A DNA stretch of 55,834 bases from Acidobacteriota bacterium (GTDB lineage Bacteria > Acidobacteriota > Thermoanaerobaculia > UBA5066 > Gp7-AA6), in contig JBKPBH010000019.1 of NCBI GenBank assembly GCA_046726795.1, positions 1 to 55,834 on the forward strand, given 5' to 3'. The position numbers and the translations under genes were made by a program. Below, one piece after another: positions 35,507 to 43,175 of this stretch. Each line of letters starts with the position of its first letter. Positions within the stretch are counted from its first letter, which is position 1. Below the pieces are notes generated by a model. It searched no databases and was not told the origin of the DNA. It worked only from the letters and a program-made list of their open reading frames with translations.

Positions 35507-36481
35507 TCATTCCTCCGGCGGGCCGCCGGTGCGGGCGAGCTGGTCGGCCTTGACCGACTCCGGCTTGAACTTTCTGGCCGAGGCGAGCATCTTCTCGATC
35601 GTCGGATCGAAGGAGGCCCTTGCCCCCTTCTGAAAGCGAAGCGGATTGATCCGGGCGACCACGAAGGCCCGGAGGTAGGGGCTCTGGAACCCCTTCGCCT
35701 GCAGGCCTTTGATCGCGGCGGCGACCGCCTCTTCGAGCTCCATCACATCTGCGGCGCGCTTCTCGCGCTTCTCCAGGGCCTTCGGCAGCTTCTCTTCGAA
35801 GAACTCGTCCACGCGCTTCAACACAGGGTGATAGGCGCCCCCGGGAAAGCGGCCGTTCTTCTCGTAGCAGACGCCGAGCGTCAAGAGCGCCGGTTCCTCG
35901 AAGTCGAGCGCGTAGTCCTTCTCGGGCAGGGGGCTCGGGGGACCGCCAGGTCCCCCGCTCATGATTGTCGCCTGGCCCGCCGCCAGATCGCGAGCCATGC
36001 GGATGACTTCCAGCGAGCGCTCCCGCAGGTTATGCGCCTTCTCCGTGTTCAAGGCGAGGATCTTGTAGGCGATCTCCCGGTCGGGAAGCACGAGGGCCAC
36101 GATCGAGCGAGCGCCCAGGCGTCGCATCGCGGAGAGGCGGTGGTGGCCGTTGGGCGTCCAGTAGCCGCCATCCTTCGTCCGGACCGCGATGATCGGATCG
36201 AGGAAGCGGCCGAGCCCGTCGATGACATTGGTCAGGCGCTTGACGTGCGCGTCGGAGAGGTCTCGCTGGAAGGGCGTCGGGGCCACGCGATCCACCGGGA
36301 GAGCCGCCAGAATCTGCCAGGAGCTTCCAAGCGGATCGCGGAAGACTGCGAGCGCGGAGCCACCGTCTTTCTCAATCTCGGCGCGAAGCTCTCCGATCGC
36401 GACGGGAGGCGGGCCTTTCGCGACCTCCGCGGCCGTGAGCCCTCGCGAGGCTTCCTTCGCTTTCTTTCTGCGCGGCGGCAT
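35507..36481 (-). CDS. ParB/Srx-fold (ParB-like nuclease domain) protein
   Basis: VDRVAPTPFQRDL...IIAV..DGGYWTPNGHHRLSAM matches the ParB N-terminal domain GxxR / DGHHR-type motif. The C-terminal about 170 aa are uncharacterised. Confidence 0.7.
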   Translation of the reverse strand: MPPRRKKAKEASRGLTAAEVAKGPPPVAIGELRAEIEKDGGSALAVFRDPLGSSWQILAALPVDRVAPTPFQRDLSDAHVKRLTNVIDGLGRFLDPIIAVRTKDGGYWTPNGHHRLSAMRRLGARSIVALVLPDREIAYKILALNTEKAHNLRERSLEVIRMARDLAAGQATIMSGGPGGPPSPLPEKDYALDFEEPALLTLGVCYEKNGRFPGGAYHPVLKRVDEFFEEKLPKALEKREKRAADVMELEEAVAAAIKGLQAKGFQSPYLRAFVVARINPLRFQKGARASFDPTIEKMLASARKFKPESVKADQLARTGGPPEE

Positions 36482-36537
36482 CGTCCCATCGGCGGGCCTG
36501 GCGGGGACCCTGCGGTCCCCGGGCCCCTGGCCGCGGC

Positions 36538-36543
36538 TATATT
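36538..36543 (+). promoter_or_regulatory. -10-like hexamer TATATT, 10 nt upstream of the dehydratase ATG
   Basis: ggcTATATTgtcacgggccATG. No SD is present. Confidence 0.3.
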
Positions 36544-36553
36544 GTCACGGGCC

Positions 36554-37561
36554 ATGGAAGCCGGGAAGCCTTCCCGTCCGGGCGCGAGCGCCTGGCCCAT
36601 CTCTCTCGGAGACGTGTTCGAGGCTCGGCGCCGGACCCGACCTCACATCCCTCCGACGCCCCTGCGCCGCTACACGCCGCTCGACGAGGCCGTCGGCCAG
36701 GGCATTGCGGTCTGGGTCAAGCACGAGAACCACAACCCGACCAACGCGTTCAAGGCGCGCAACGCTCTTTCCGCCATGACCGTTCTCTCGGACGTGGAGA
36801 AACGGCGGGGAGTCATCGCCGCCACGCGAGGCAACCATGGGATGGGGGTCGCCTGGGCGGCGAGTCTTCTGAGGATCCCCGCCACGATCTGCGTGCCGCT
36901 CGGCAACAACCCGGAGAAAAACGAGGCCTTGCGCGGATACGGCGCGACGATCGTCGAGGAGGGAAAGGACTACGACGAGTCGGTCGTCGTGGCGACCCGT
37001 CTGGCGAAAGAAGGCGGCTTGACGACGATCCATTCGACGAACAACCGGGACGTGATCGCCGGGGCCGCGACGCTGACGCTCGAGATTCTCGAGGAGCGGT
37101 CGGATCTCGACGCCCTGGTCGTCAGTGTCGGGGGCGGCTCGCAGGCCGTTGGGGCGATGACGGTCGCGAGGGAGATCGCGCCGGGCCTTAAGGTCTACGC
37201 GGTCCAGGCCGAACGGGCCTCCGCGACGTACGACTCGTGGCGGGCGGGGCGTCCCGTCGCCGGGACTTCGGCGGACACCTTCGCCGACGGTCTGGCCACA
37301 CGCAACGCCTACGAAATGACCTTTCGTGCTCTCCAGGCCGGACTGGCAGGGTTTGTGCTGGTATCGGAGGGTGAGATGGCGGAAGCCGTGCGCCTGTTGC
37401 TCCGCACCACGCACAACCTCGCCGAGGGAGCGGGGGCGGCGGGCCTGGCCGGACTGATGAAGCTGCGCAAGGAGCTCGCGGGAAAGCGGGTCGGGATCAT
37501 CCTGTCGGGCGGAAACATCGACCGAGAGACGCTCCGGCGAGTGGTGTCGAGTGAGATCTAG
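36554..37561 (+). CDS. PLP-dependent threonine/serine dehydratase family enzyme
   Basis: HENHNPTNAFKARNA (PLP lysine), ATRGNHG, and VSVGGGSQAVG glycine loop. ATG 36554 lies inside the long shadow ORF 35456..37561. Confidence 0.85.
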   Translation: MEAGKPSRPGASAWPISLGDVFEARRRTRPHIPPTPLRRYTPLDEAVGQGIAVWVKHENHNPTNAFKARNALSAMTVLSDVEKRRGVIAATRGNHGMGVAWAASLLRIPATICVPLGNNPEKNEALRGYGATIVEEGKDYDESVVVATRLAKEGGLTTIHSTNNRDVIAGAATLTLEILEERSDLDALVVSVGGGSQAVGAMTVAREIAPGLKVYAVQAERASATYDSWRAGRPVAGTSADTFADGLATRNAYEMTFRALQAGLAGFVLVSEGEMAEAVRLLLRTTHNLAEGAGAAGLAGLMKLRKELAGKRVGIILSGGNIDRETLRRVVSSEI

Positions 37562-37631
37562 AGAGGCCAAGACGCGCAGCGGCGGTCAACCCGGCTCGCC
37601 GCGCGTTGGTCGAATGAATGGGAGGGACGCT

Positions 37632-37955
37632 ATGAACGGCAAACGAGGATTGAGCTTCTTCCTTTCCGGGGTGCTCCTGGCGGGTCTTCTCATCATGCCC
37701 TCGCCGGTGTTCGCGGACGTGAAGGTCCGGGTCTACGTGCCGGCACCTCCGCCCCCGCCTCAGGTCGAAGTTGTCGGAGTCGCTCCCAGCCGCCGGCACG
37801 TCTGGATCGCCGGATATCACCAGTGGGACGGACGAGCCTATGTCTGGGTCCCCGGCCATTGGAACCTCCGGCCCAGGGCGCGCGCGGTTTGGGTCAAGGG
37901 GCACTGGAGTCACCACCCCCGCGGCTGGTACTGGGTCGAGGGGCACTGGCGCTGA
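37632..37955 (+). CDS. small secreted YXWGXW/WxxGxW-repeat protein (paralog 1)
   Basis: ATG 37632 is preceded by GGAGGG. Signal peptide, Pro-rich stretch, then HVWIAGYHQW, YVWVPGHW, AVWVKGHW and GWYWVEGHWR. Confidence 0.65.
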   Translation: MNGKRGLSFFLSGVLLAGLLIMPSPVFADVKVRVYVPAPPPPPQVEVVGVAPSRRHVWIAGYHQWDGRAYVWVPGHWNLRPRARAVWVKGHWSHHPRGWYWVEGHWR

Positions 37956-37983
37956 TCCACAATGACAGGAGAGTGAAGTCGAA

Positions 37984-38304
37984 ATGAAAACAGGGTTGTC
38001 CGTCTCGGTCATCTGCGCGGCGCTCGCCGCGCTTTCCCTGACATCGGGGTGCGTCGTTCCGCCGCCACCCCCCGGCGCGGTCTATGTCCGCGTGGGCCCG
38101 CCCGTCCCGATCGTCGAGGTCGAGGGCGTGGCGCCCGGTCCCGAGTTCGTCTGGATCCATGGATACCACCGGTGGGAGGGAAATGCCTACGTCTGGGTGC
38201 CGGGCCGCTGGGAACGGCGACCTCGCGCCGGCGCGGTCTGGGTGCGCGGCGAGTGGAGACACCACCGAAACGGCTGGTACTGGGTCGAAGGGCACTGGCG
38301 CTGA
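37984..38304 (+). CDS. small YXWGXW/WxxGxW-repeat lipoprotein (paralog 2)
   Basis: Lipobox LTSGC, Pro-rich stretch, then FVWIHGYHRW, YVWVPGRW, AVWVRGEW and GWYWVEGHWR. It is collinear with the preceding ORF. Confidence 0.7.
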   Translation: MKTGLSVSVICAALAALSLTSGCVVPPPPPGAVYVRVGPPVPIVEVEGVAPGPEFVWIHGYHRWEGNAYVWVPGRWERRPRAGAVWVRGEWRHHRNGWYWVEGHWR

Positions 38305-38319
38305 CGCTGGTAAGCCCGT

Positions 38320-38347
38320 GGTCCTTGGTCCGTAGTCCTTAGTCGGG
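38320..38347. repeat. Tandem heptamer array (GGTCCTT-GGTCCGT-AGTCCTT-AGTCGGG), second copy of the 34647 element
   Basis: Direct reading of the sequence. It lies between convergent stops (38304 and 38375). Confidence 0.65.
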
Positions 38348-38374
38348 GACGACGCAAACCACGGACTCCGGCGC

Positions 38375-40600
38375 TCACCAGGTGATCAGTCCGTCCTTCG
38401 ACTGGGTCTCGAAGAACTTCTCGACCATCTCCGGCGTGCATTCGCCGTAGTACCAGGATCCTGCAGAGAGAGCCTCGGCGCACACGCGGCGAGAGATCGT
38501 TCCGCCATCGGTCTTGCCGTCCACCCAGTTCATCGCCTCCCACTGCATCAGCGGCGAGAGCCTCTTCTGCTCCGGCTCGGACTCTGGGGCTTTCGCCCGC
38601 GCCTTTCCTTTGGCGGGTTTCGCGGCCGCGGCTTCGCGCTCCTCGCGGTGGCGCCGCGCTTCGTCGGCTCGCTTGTCGGAGACTCTCCTCTGGAGCGCGA
38701 GCCAATCTGGCAGTGTCGCAGCCGCCCTCTTGGGCACGTGTTTCCCGAGCCTTTGCTCGGTGTCCGAGGGTCCGGTGTTCCAGGCCGAGGCGTGGTCGTC
38801 CTGCCGCAAAACGACCGCAGCGCGGAGCGCTCGGGCGGCGTTGGCGAGCTCATTCTGACGCAACGAGACAACGGAGGCGACCATCGCGTCCTGCGGGTCC
38901 ACCCCACGCATCGAGGCGATCGTCCCCTCTTCTTTCTCGATCGAGACCTCGACGAGGTTCCGGGCGGCGCGGGAACGTTCGATCGGCTCTCCTTTGCCCG
39001 ACCGCATCCATTCGGCCGCGGTCGCGATGTCCCGGGAGATCCGTTCGAGCGCCCGGGCCGTCACGAACGGCGCCAGGCGCGCCACCTCGGAGCCGCCGGC
39101 GTTGGCGAGCCACAGGGCCGTCGCCGCGACGACGAAGGCGTTCCTCTTCAACTGGGTGGAGTCCATCTGCCATAGGTCGTCGCCGCTCGAATGAATGTTC
39201 TCGTCCGGCCAGTTGGTCAGAGTCGTGCCGGGCACGCCGATCCAGGAGTCGTTGAAGACGAGATGGTCGGTCGAGTCGAAGTACGGCACGGCCCGGGCGT
39301 GGAAGGGCTCGCGGGACCCCAGGTGCGCGAAGATGGGCTTGCTGTACAGGACCCCGGGCGCAACCGAGCCCGCCTGCCCGGCGGGGAGGAACGCGTTGTT
39401 CCCGGCTACGACCATGTCCAGGATGCTCTCTTCGACATCGGCGAGATACGAGGGGCGCGACCACGGCATGCGCGTCATGTGCTGGACACGCCCTCCAACC
39501 GACTGCTTCGCTCCGACCATGTCCTGGTTCAGGTTCGCCAGGATCTTCTTCTCCTCGCCGGGGTGGTCGGCGAAGTAACGGTATTCTGAGCGGATCTCAT
39601 CGCACCACCAGAACCGGATGCCGCGCCGCGGCCGCGCGATCTTTCCCTCCTGGATCAAGCGCATCAACGCCCGTCCGATCTCGAGCATGTTCACGACGCC
39701 GGACTGGTTGTCGTTGGCCGAGAACTTCTCCTCCTGCAGGTGGCTCGTCAGGACGACCTCGGGCAGAGCCGGGTCCGTCCCCCGGATTCGGGCCTCGACC
39801 AGGGCCGACTTCTTTTCCGGCAGCGTCGCAGAGTCGACCAGGACCCGGACGCGCAGGGGAGGGTGAGCCGCTTCGTCCGGCTGCCGCCCCGCCTCGCGCT
39901 TCAAGCGGTCGGAGAGCGCTTTGCCCGCGCGGGCGGACAGGATGAACGCAAAGGTCGTCTTCTCGCCGTTGGGCCCGTCCCTTTCCGGGACGCGTTGCCA
40001 CGCGATCTGGTCCGGCGCGTCAGCCAGCGGGTTGGCGCGGGTCGAGGACCAGGCGAGGATGCCCGCGGCGCCTCGCTTCCAGACGGCCTGCTCCGTCACG
40101 GCGACCGGACTGCCGTAGGCGAGCGCGATCCTGCCCCGGACGTTCTTTCCCTCGTAGTCGGAGGGACGGTCACCGGCTCCGACGTCGACGAGCTCCGCCG
40201 CCACGTCGGCCGATCGAGAGTAATCCGCGATCGACGTCGCGACCTCGGCGTACGATCCGAGCTTCGTCTCGGACGCGGAGGCCCCCTCGCCTTCGAGGAG
40301 CCAGGCTTCCGCGCGTTTGCAGGTCCAGGAAGCGTAGTCGTTGATCTGGTCGATCCACCGCGCGTCCTCGAGCCCCGCTTCCTTCGCCTTTTCGAGCGCG
40401 AAGCGTGCCACGGCGAAGAAGCCCTCCGATCCTGAGGGCTTGTGCCACTGAGTCGTCAGGCGCATGTGCTCGAACGCGAGATCGCCGGAGATTTCGTTGA
40501 CCAGGGCGCGCTCGGTCTTCTCGTCCACGAACGGGGATGTCTGGGCGGGAAGCCGCGAGGTCAGGAGGATCGCCGTCGAAACGAGGAGGAACCGTCGCAT
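38375..40600 (-). CDS. M28 family zinc peptidase with PA-like insert, secreted
   Basis: ATG 40600 is preceded by AGGAG, 14 nt after the upstream stop. Signal peptide MRRFLLVSTAILLTSRLPA. M28 motifs SHLQE..ANDNQSGV, NLNQDMVG and STDHLVFND. The first 419 aa of track ORF 38375..41857 are shadow sequence over the PP2C gene. Confidence 0.8.
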   Translation of the reverse strand: MRRFLLVSTAILLTSRLPAQTSPFVDEKTERALVNEISGDLAFEHMRLTTQWHKPSGSEGFFAVARFALEKAKEAGLEDARWIDQINDYASWTCKRAEAWLLEGEGASASETKLGSYAEVATSIADYSRSADVAAELVDVGAGDRPSDYEGKNVRGRIALAYGSPVAVTEQAVWKRGAAGILAWSSTRANPLADAPDQIAWQRVPERDGPNGEKTTFAFILSARAGKALSDRLKREAGRQPDEAAHPPLRVRVLVDSATLPEKKSALVEARIRGTDPALPEVVLTSHLQEEKFSANDNQSGVVNMLEIGRALMRLIQEGKIARPRRGIRFWWCDEIRSEYRYFADHPGEEKKILANLNQDMVGAKQSVGGRVQHMTRMPWSRPSYLADVEESILDMVVAGNNAFLPAGQAGSVAPGVLYSKPIFAHLGSREPFHARAVPYFDSTDHLVFNDSWIGVPGTTLTNWPDENIHSSGDDLWQMDSTQLKRNAFVVAATALWLANAGGSEVARLAPFVTARALERISRDIATAAEWMRSGKGEPIERSRAARNLVEVSIEKEEGTIASMRGVDPQDAMVASVVSLRQNELANAARALRAAVVLRQDDHASAWNTGPSDTEQRLGKHVPKRAAATLPDWLALQRRVSDKRADEARRHREEREAAAAKPAKGKARAKAPESEPEQKRLSPLMQWEAMNWVDGKTDGGTISRRVCAEALSAGSWYYGECTPEMVEKFFETQSKDGLITW

Positions 40601-40614
40601 CGAGTCTCCTTTCG

Positions 40615-42495
40615 TCAATGGAACGTCAGAACGACGAGGGTCCGGTCGTCGGCGGGAGGAGCGCCGCCTGTGTGCTTCTCGACGGCGGCGAGGATCGCGT
40701 CGCGCAGCCGGCCGGCTTCGGACGCCGTTTGCTCCCGCAGCAACGCCTCCAGCCTTTCGAATCCGAAGGGATCCCCGCCGGAGTCGCAGGCCTCGACGAA
40801 GCCGTCCGTCACGAAGAGGAGACGGTCTCCCGGCGCGAATACGCACGCCTGGCTCGGGAAATCGCTCCGCTCGGAGAGGCCGAGCGGGAAGGAGGGGAGC
40901 GCGATACTCTCGACGCCCCCTCCGGTGAGCCGGTACGGAGCCAGCTGCCCGGCATTGGTCAGTTCTGCCCCGCGCGAGGCCGGGTCGTAGGCGAGCAACG
41001 CCAGGGTCATGTAGTTGCGCGAGTCCGTGGACCGGTGGATGAGATCGTTCAACCGCGCGAAGAGACGCCCTCCTGAGAGGCCCGACTCGATCAAGGTCGA
41101 GAGTCCCGCCTTGGCCATGGCGACGAGCAAACCCGTCGGCAGCCCGTGGCCGGACACATCCCCGACCACGACGGCCGACCGCCCGTCGGGCATGCCGAAG
41201 TAGTCGTAGTAATCGCCTCCGATCGCCGCCACCGGCTGAAACCGGGCCAGCACCGAGACCCCCGGCAGCTCCGCCTCGGGCTCGGGCAGGAGCTTCTGCT
41301 GGATCGTGCGGGCGATCGCGATCTCCGATTCGAGCCGCTTCTTCTCGGCCGTCTCGACGAGCAGACCCTGGATCGAGGCCGCCATGCCGTCGAACGATCG
41401 TGCGAGGTCTCCGATCTGGTCGCGCGAGCGTGACTGCACCCGCACCGAGAAGTCTCCTCGGGCGATGGCCTGGCTCGCGCGGGTCAGGCGGTTGACGTTC
41501 CTCGCGATCGTTCCGACCAGGATGAAGGCGATCGCGAGCGCGACGAGATAGACCAGCAGAAGGATTGCCGAAAGGCCGGTGAGGACCGCGCGGAAGATTC
41601 GTCCGAGGGCCGGGACACCCTGGGCGAAGAGCTGAGACCCGAGCACGCTCGGAGACGTCCTCGCCGCCCAGACGACGACATCCGTGTCTTTGTCGGTCGG
41701 CGTGGGTGGGAAGGCGACTTTCTCCACGTAAACGGCGCCGACCCACTCCCGGTCGAGGATCCCTCGATCGGGAGCCTTCGAATCGCGCGGCCGGGCGCTT
41801 TGTCCACCGATGTCGCCGCCTCGGCCGGCGGACGAGGGCTCCGTGTCCACCTTCCACCCGCTCCGGCTGTGGCGAGCCCGACCGCCCTCGATCCAGACGG
41901 GATATCCGGTGCGATCGGCCAGCCGCTGCAGAAACTCCGGAGCGTCGCCGGGGACCAGAACGAGCCCCTGGCCCTCCTCGGGCGCACGGCGTGTCACCAG
42001 CCAGACCTTTCGCTCAGGCGAGAGGATCGGACGAGGCTCGTCGAGGGCCCCAGCCCAGTCCGCCTTCTCGCCCCTCTTGAGCCAGGGGACATCCGAGGCC
42101 TCGATGATTCCATCCTGCACCCGGACCGACGGGACGTTGCCGCGGGCCGCCGTCTCTTGCGCGACGGCCGTGACTTCGCGCCGGACTCGCGTGGCGACGA
42201 ACTGATGAGCGAGCAGGTACGCAGCCGAGAAGAGAAGCATCGCCAGAAGCGGGATCGGCACGATGCCGATGAGGAAATAGGAGAAGGCCAGGCGCAGGGT
42301 CAAGCGCCGCACGATGGCGCGGAAAGCCGCCGCGATCCCCAGAGCGAGAAGCACCATGCACGAGACGAAGGCGAGGACCGCTGTCAGCACGCCGAAACAG
42401 CCGAAGTTGACCTGGACGGAGTGGATGATCCCCGTCGCGAGGGCCGAGGCCGCGAAGAGCCCGATCCAGATCTTCGTGGATTTCTTCAGGGTCAC
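40615..42495 (-). CDS. membrane sensor PP2C (SpoIIE/RsbU-type) phosphatase with HAMP domain
   Basis: TM helices, a periplasmic segment, HAMP (NVNRLTRASQAIARGDFSVRV...IGDLARSFDGMAASI) and a PPM domain (IARTIQQKLLP, GGDYYDYF, VVVGDVSGHGLPTG, LFVTDG). I preferred GTG 42495, which has TATCGT 8 nt upstream and puts a TM helix at the N-terminus. TTG 42624 is the alternative. Confidence 0.85.
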   Translation of the reverse strand: MTLKKSTKIWIGLFAASALATGIIHSVQVNFGCFGVLTAVLAFVSCMVLLALGIAAAFRAIVRRLTLRLAFSYFLIGIVPIPLLAMLLFSAAYLLAHQFVATRVRREVTAVAQETAARGNVPSVRVQDGIIEASDVPWLKRGEKADWAGALDEPRPILSPERKVWLVTRRAPEEGQGLVLVPGDAPEFLQRLADRTGYPVWIEGGRARHSRSGWKVDTEPSSAGRGGDIGGQSARPRDSKAPDRGILDREWVGAVYVEKVAFPPTPTDKDTDVVVWAARTSPSVLGSQLFAQGVPALGRIFRAVLTGLSAILLLVYLVALAIAFILVGTIARNVNRLTRASQAIARGDFSVRVQSRSRDQIGDLARSFDGMAASIQGLLVETAEKKRLESEIAIARTIQQKLLPEPEAELPGVSVLARFQPVAAIGGDYYDYFGMPDGRSAVVVGDVSGHGLPTGLLVAMAKAGLSTLIESGLSGGRLFARLNDLIHRSTDSRNYMTLALLAYDPASRGAELTNAGQLAPYRLTGGGVESIALPSFPLGLSERSDFPSQACVFAPGDRLLFVTDGFVEACDSGGDPFGFERLEALLREQTASEAGRLRDAILAAVEKHTGGAPPADDRTLVVLTFH

Positions 42496-42649
42496 TGCCG
42501 GAGACGATAGCAGGGCCGCAGGCGTTCGCTTTGCAAGACGGCGGCGAGAGAGTCCAGGGACCTGGCCAGACCCACCTCTTTGAATACTTTTGGCTGCCGG
42601 TCGAGACCGACCGTTTGTGGCCAAAAGTCGCCCCGGCCACCCGATCGCT

Positions 42650-42655
42650 TACAAT
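42650..42655 (+). promoter_or_regulatory. -10-like hexamer TACAAT, 10 nt upstream of GTG 42666
   Basis: cgctTACAATcgagcgggacGTG. No SD is present. Confidence 0.35.
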
Positions 42656-42665
42656 CGAGCGGGAC

Positions 42666-43175
42666 GTGACGTTCTTGCGCCAGGCTGCCCTGCTCCTTCC
42701 GTCTGCGTTCCTCCTCGGCGTCCTGCTCTTCCTCCTCACGCATGGCCACGACGACCCGGGATTCGGCAACTATCCGTTCTTCGAGCAGTGGAGGGGAGCG
42801 CGGCTGGCCTCCTCGACCCCCGAAGTTCGCTTCATCGAGCAGTCGCTCCTGTTCTTCCTTCCCGTCTACGCCGTCTCTCTCCTCTTCATCCTCGGCGTGT
42901 CCATGGCGGAGAATTCCCTCTTCGGGGCTCGGGGAGCGAGGCCGCACTCCGCCTATGGCCGGATCTTCGGCCCGGTCTTCACCGTCCTCTTCCTGGGCGG
43001 CACCGCGGCCTGCCTTTTCGCCGGCGAGCGCCTCGCCGGACGGCTCGCGCCGGGGGTGCTCATCGCGCCGATGCTCGTGTCGCTGGCGCCTTTCGTCGGC
43101 GCCGCCGCCGCGGTGCTTCCCGCTGCCGCGCTGGCCCTGCCCCTGTCGCTGGTGCCTAGAAGGACCCGCTCGTGA
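42666..43175 (+). CDS. hypothetical membrane protein
   Basis: 169 aa with 4 hydrophobic helices. The stop overlaps the guaA start (GTGA). No recognisable domain. Confidence 0.5.
   Translation: MTFLRQAALLLPSAFLLGVLLFLLTHGHDDPGFGNYPFFEQWRGARLASSTPEVRFIEQSLLFFLPVYAVSLLFILGVSMAENSLFGARGARPHSAYGRIFGPVFTVLFLGGTAACLFAGERLAGRLAPGVLIAPMLVSLAPFVGAAAAVLPAAALALPLSLVPRRTRS

Noticed and set aside
35507-36481. ParB-like gene as evidence of a plasmid or partition locus.
   Set aside because: No parA, rep or parS-like repeats are nearby, and the flanking genes are chromosomal housekeeping genes.
40601-41857. N-terminal 419 aa of the 1160-aa ORF 38375..41857.
   Set aside because: This part overlaps the PP2C gene in another frame and is Arg/Gly-rich. 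The real M28 gene starts at ATG 40600, which has an AGGAG SD and a signal peptide.
42496-42624. TTG 42624 as the start of the PP2C gene.
   Set aside because: The extra 43 aa are basic and unstructured, and there is no promoter or SD signal. GTG 42495 has a -10-like box 8 nt upstream and starts at the first TM helix. I kept TTG 42624 as an alternative, not excluded.
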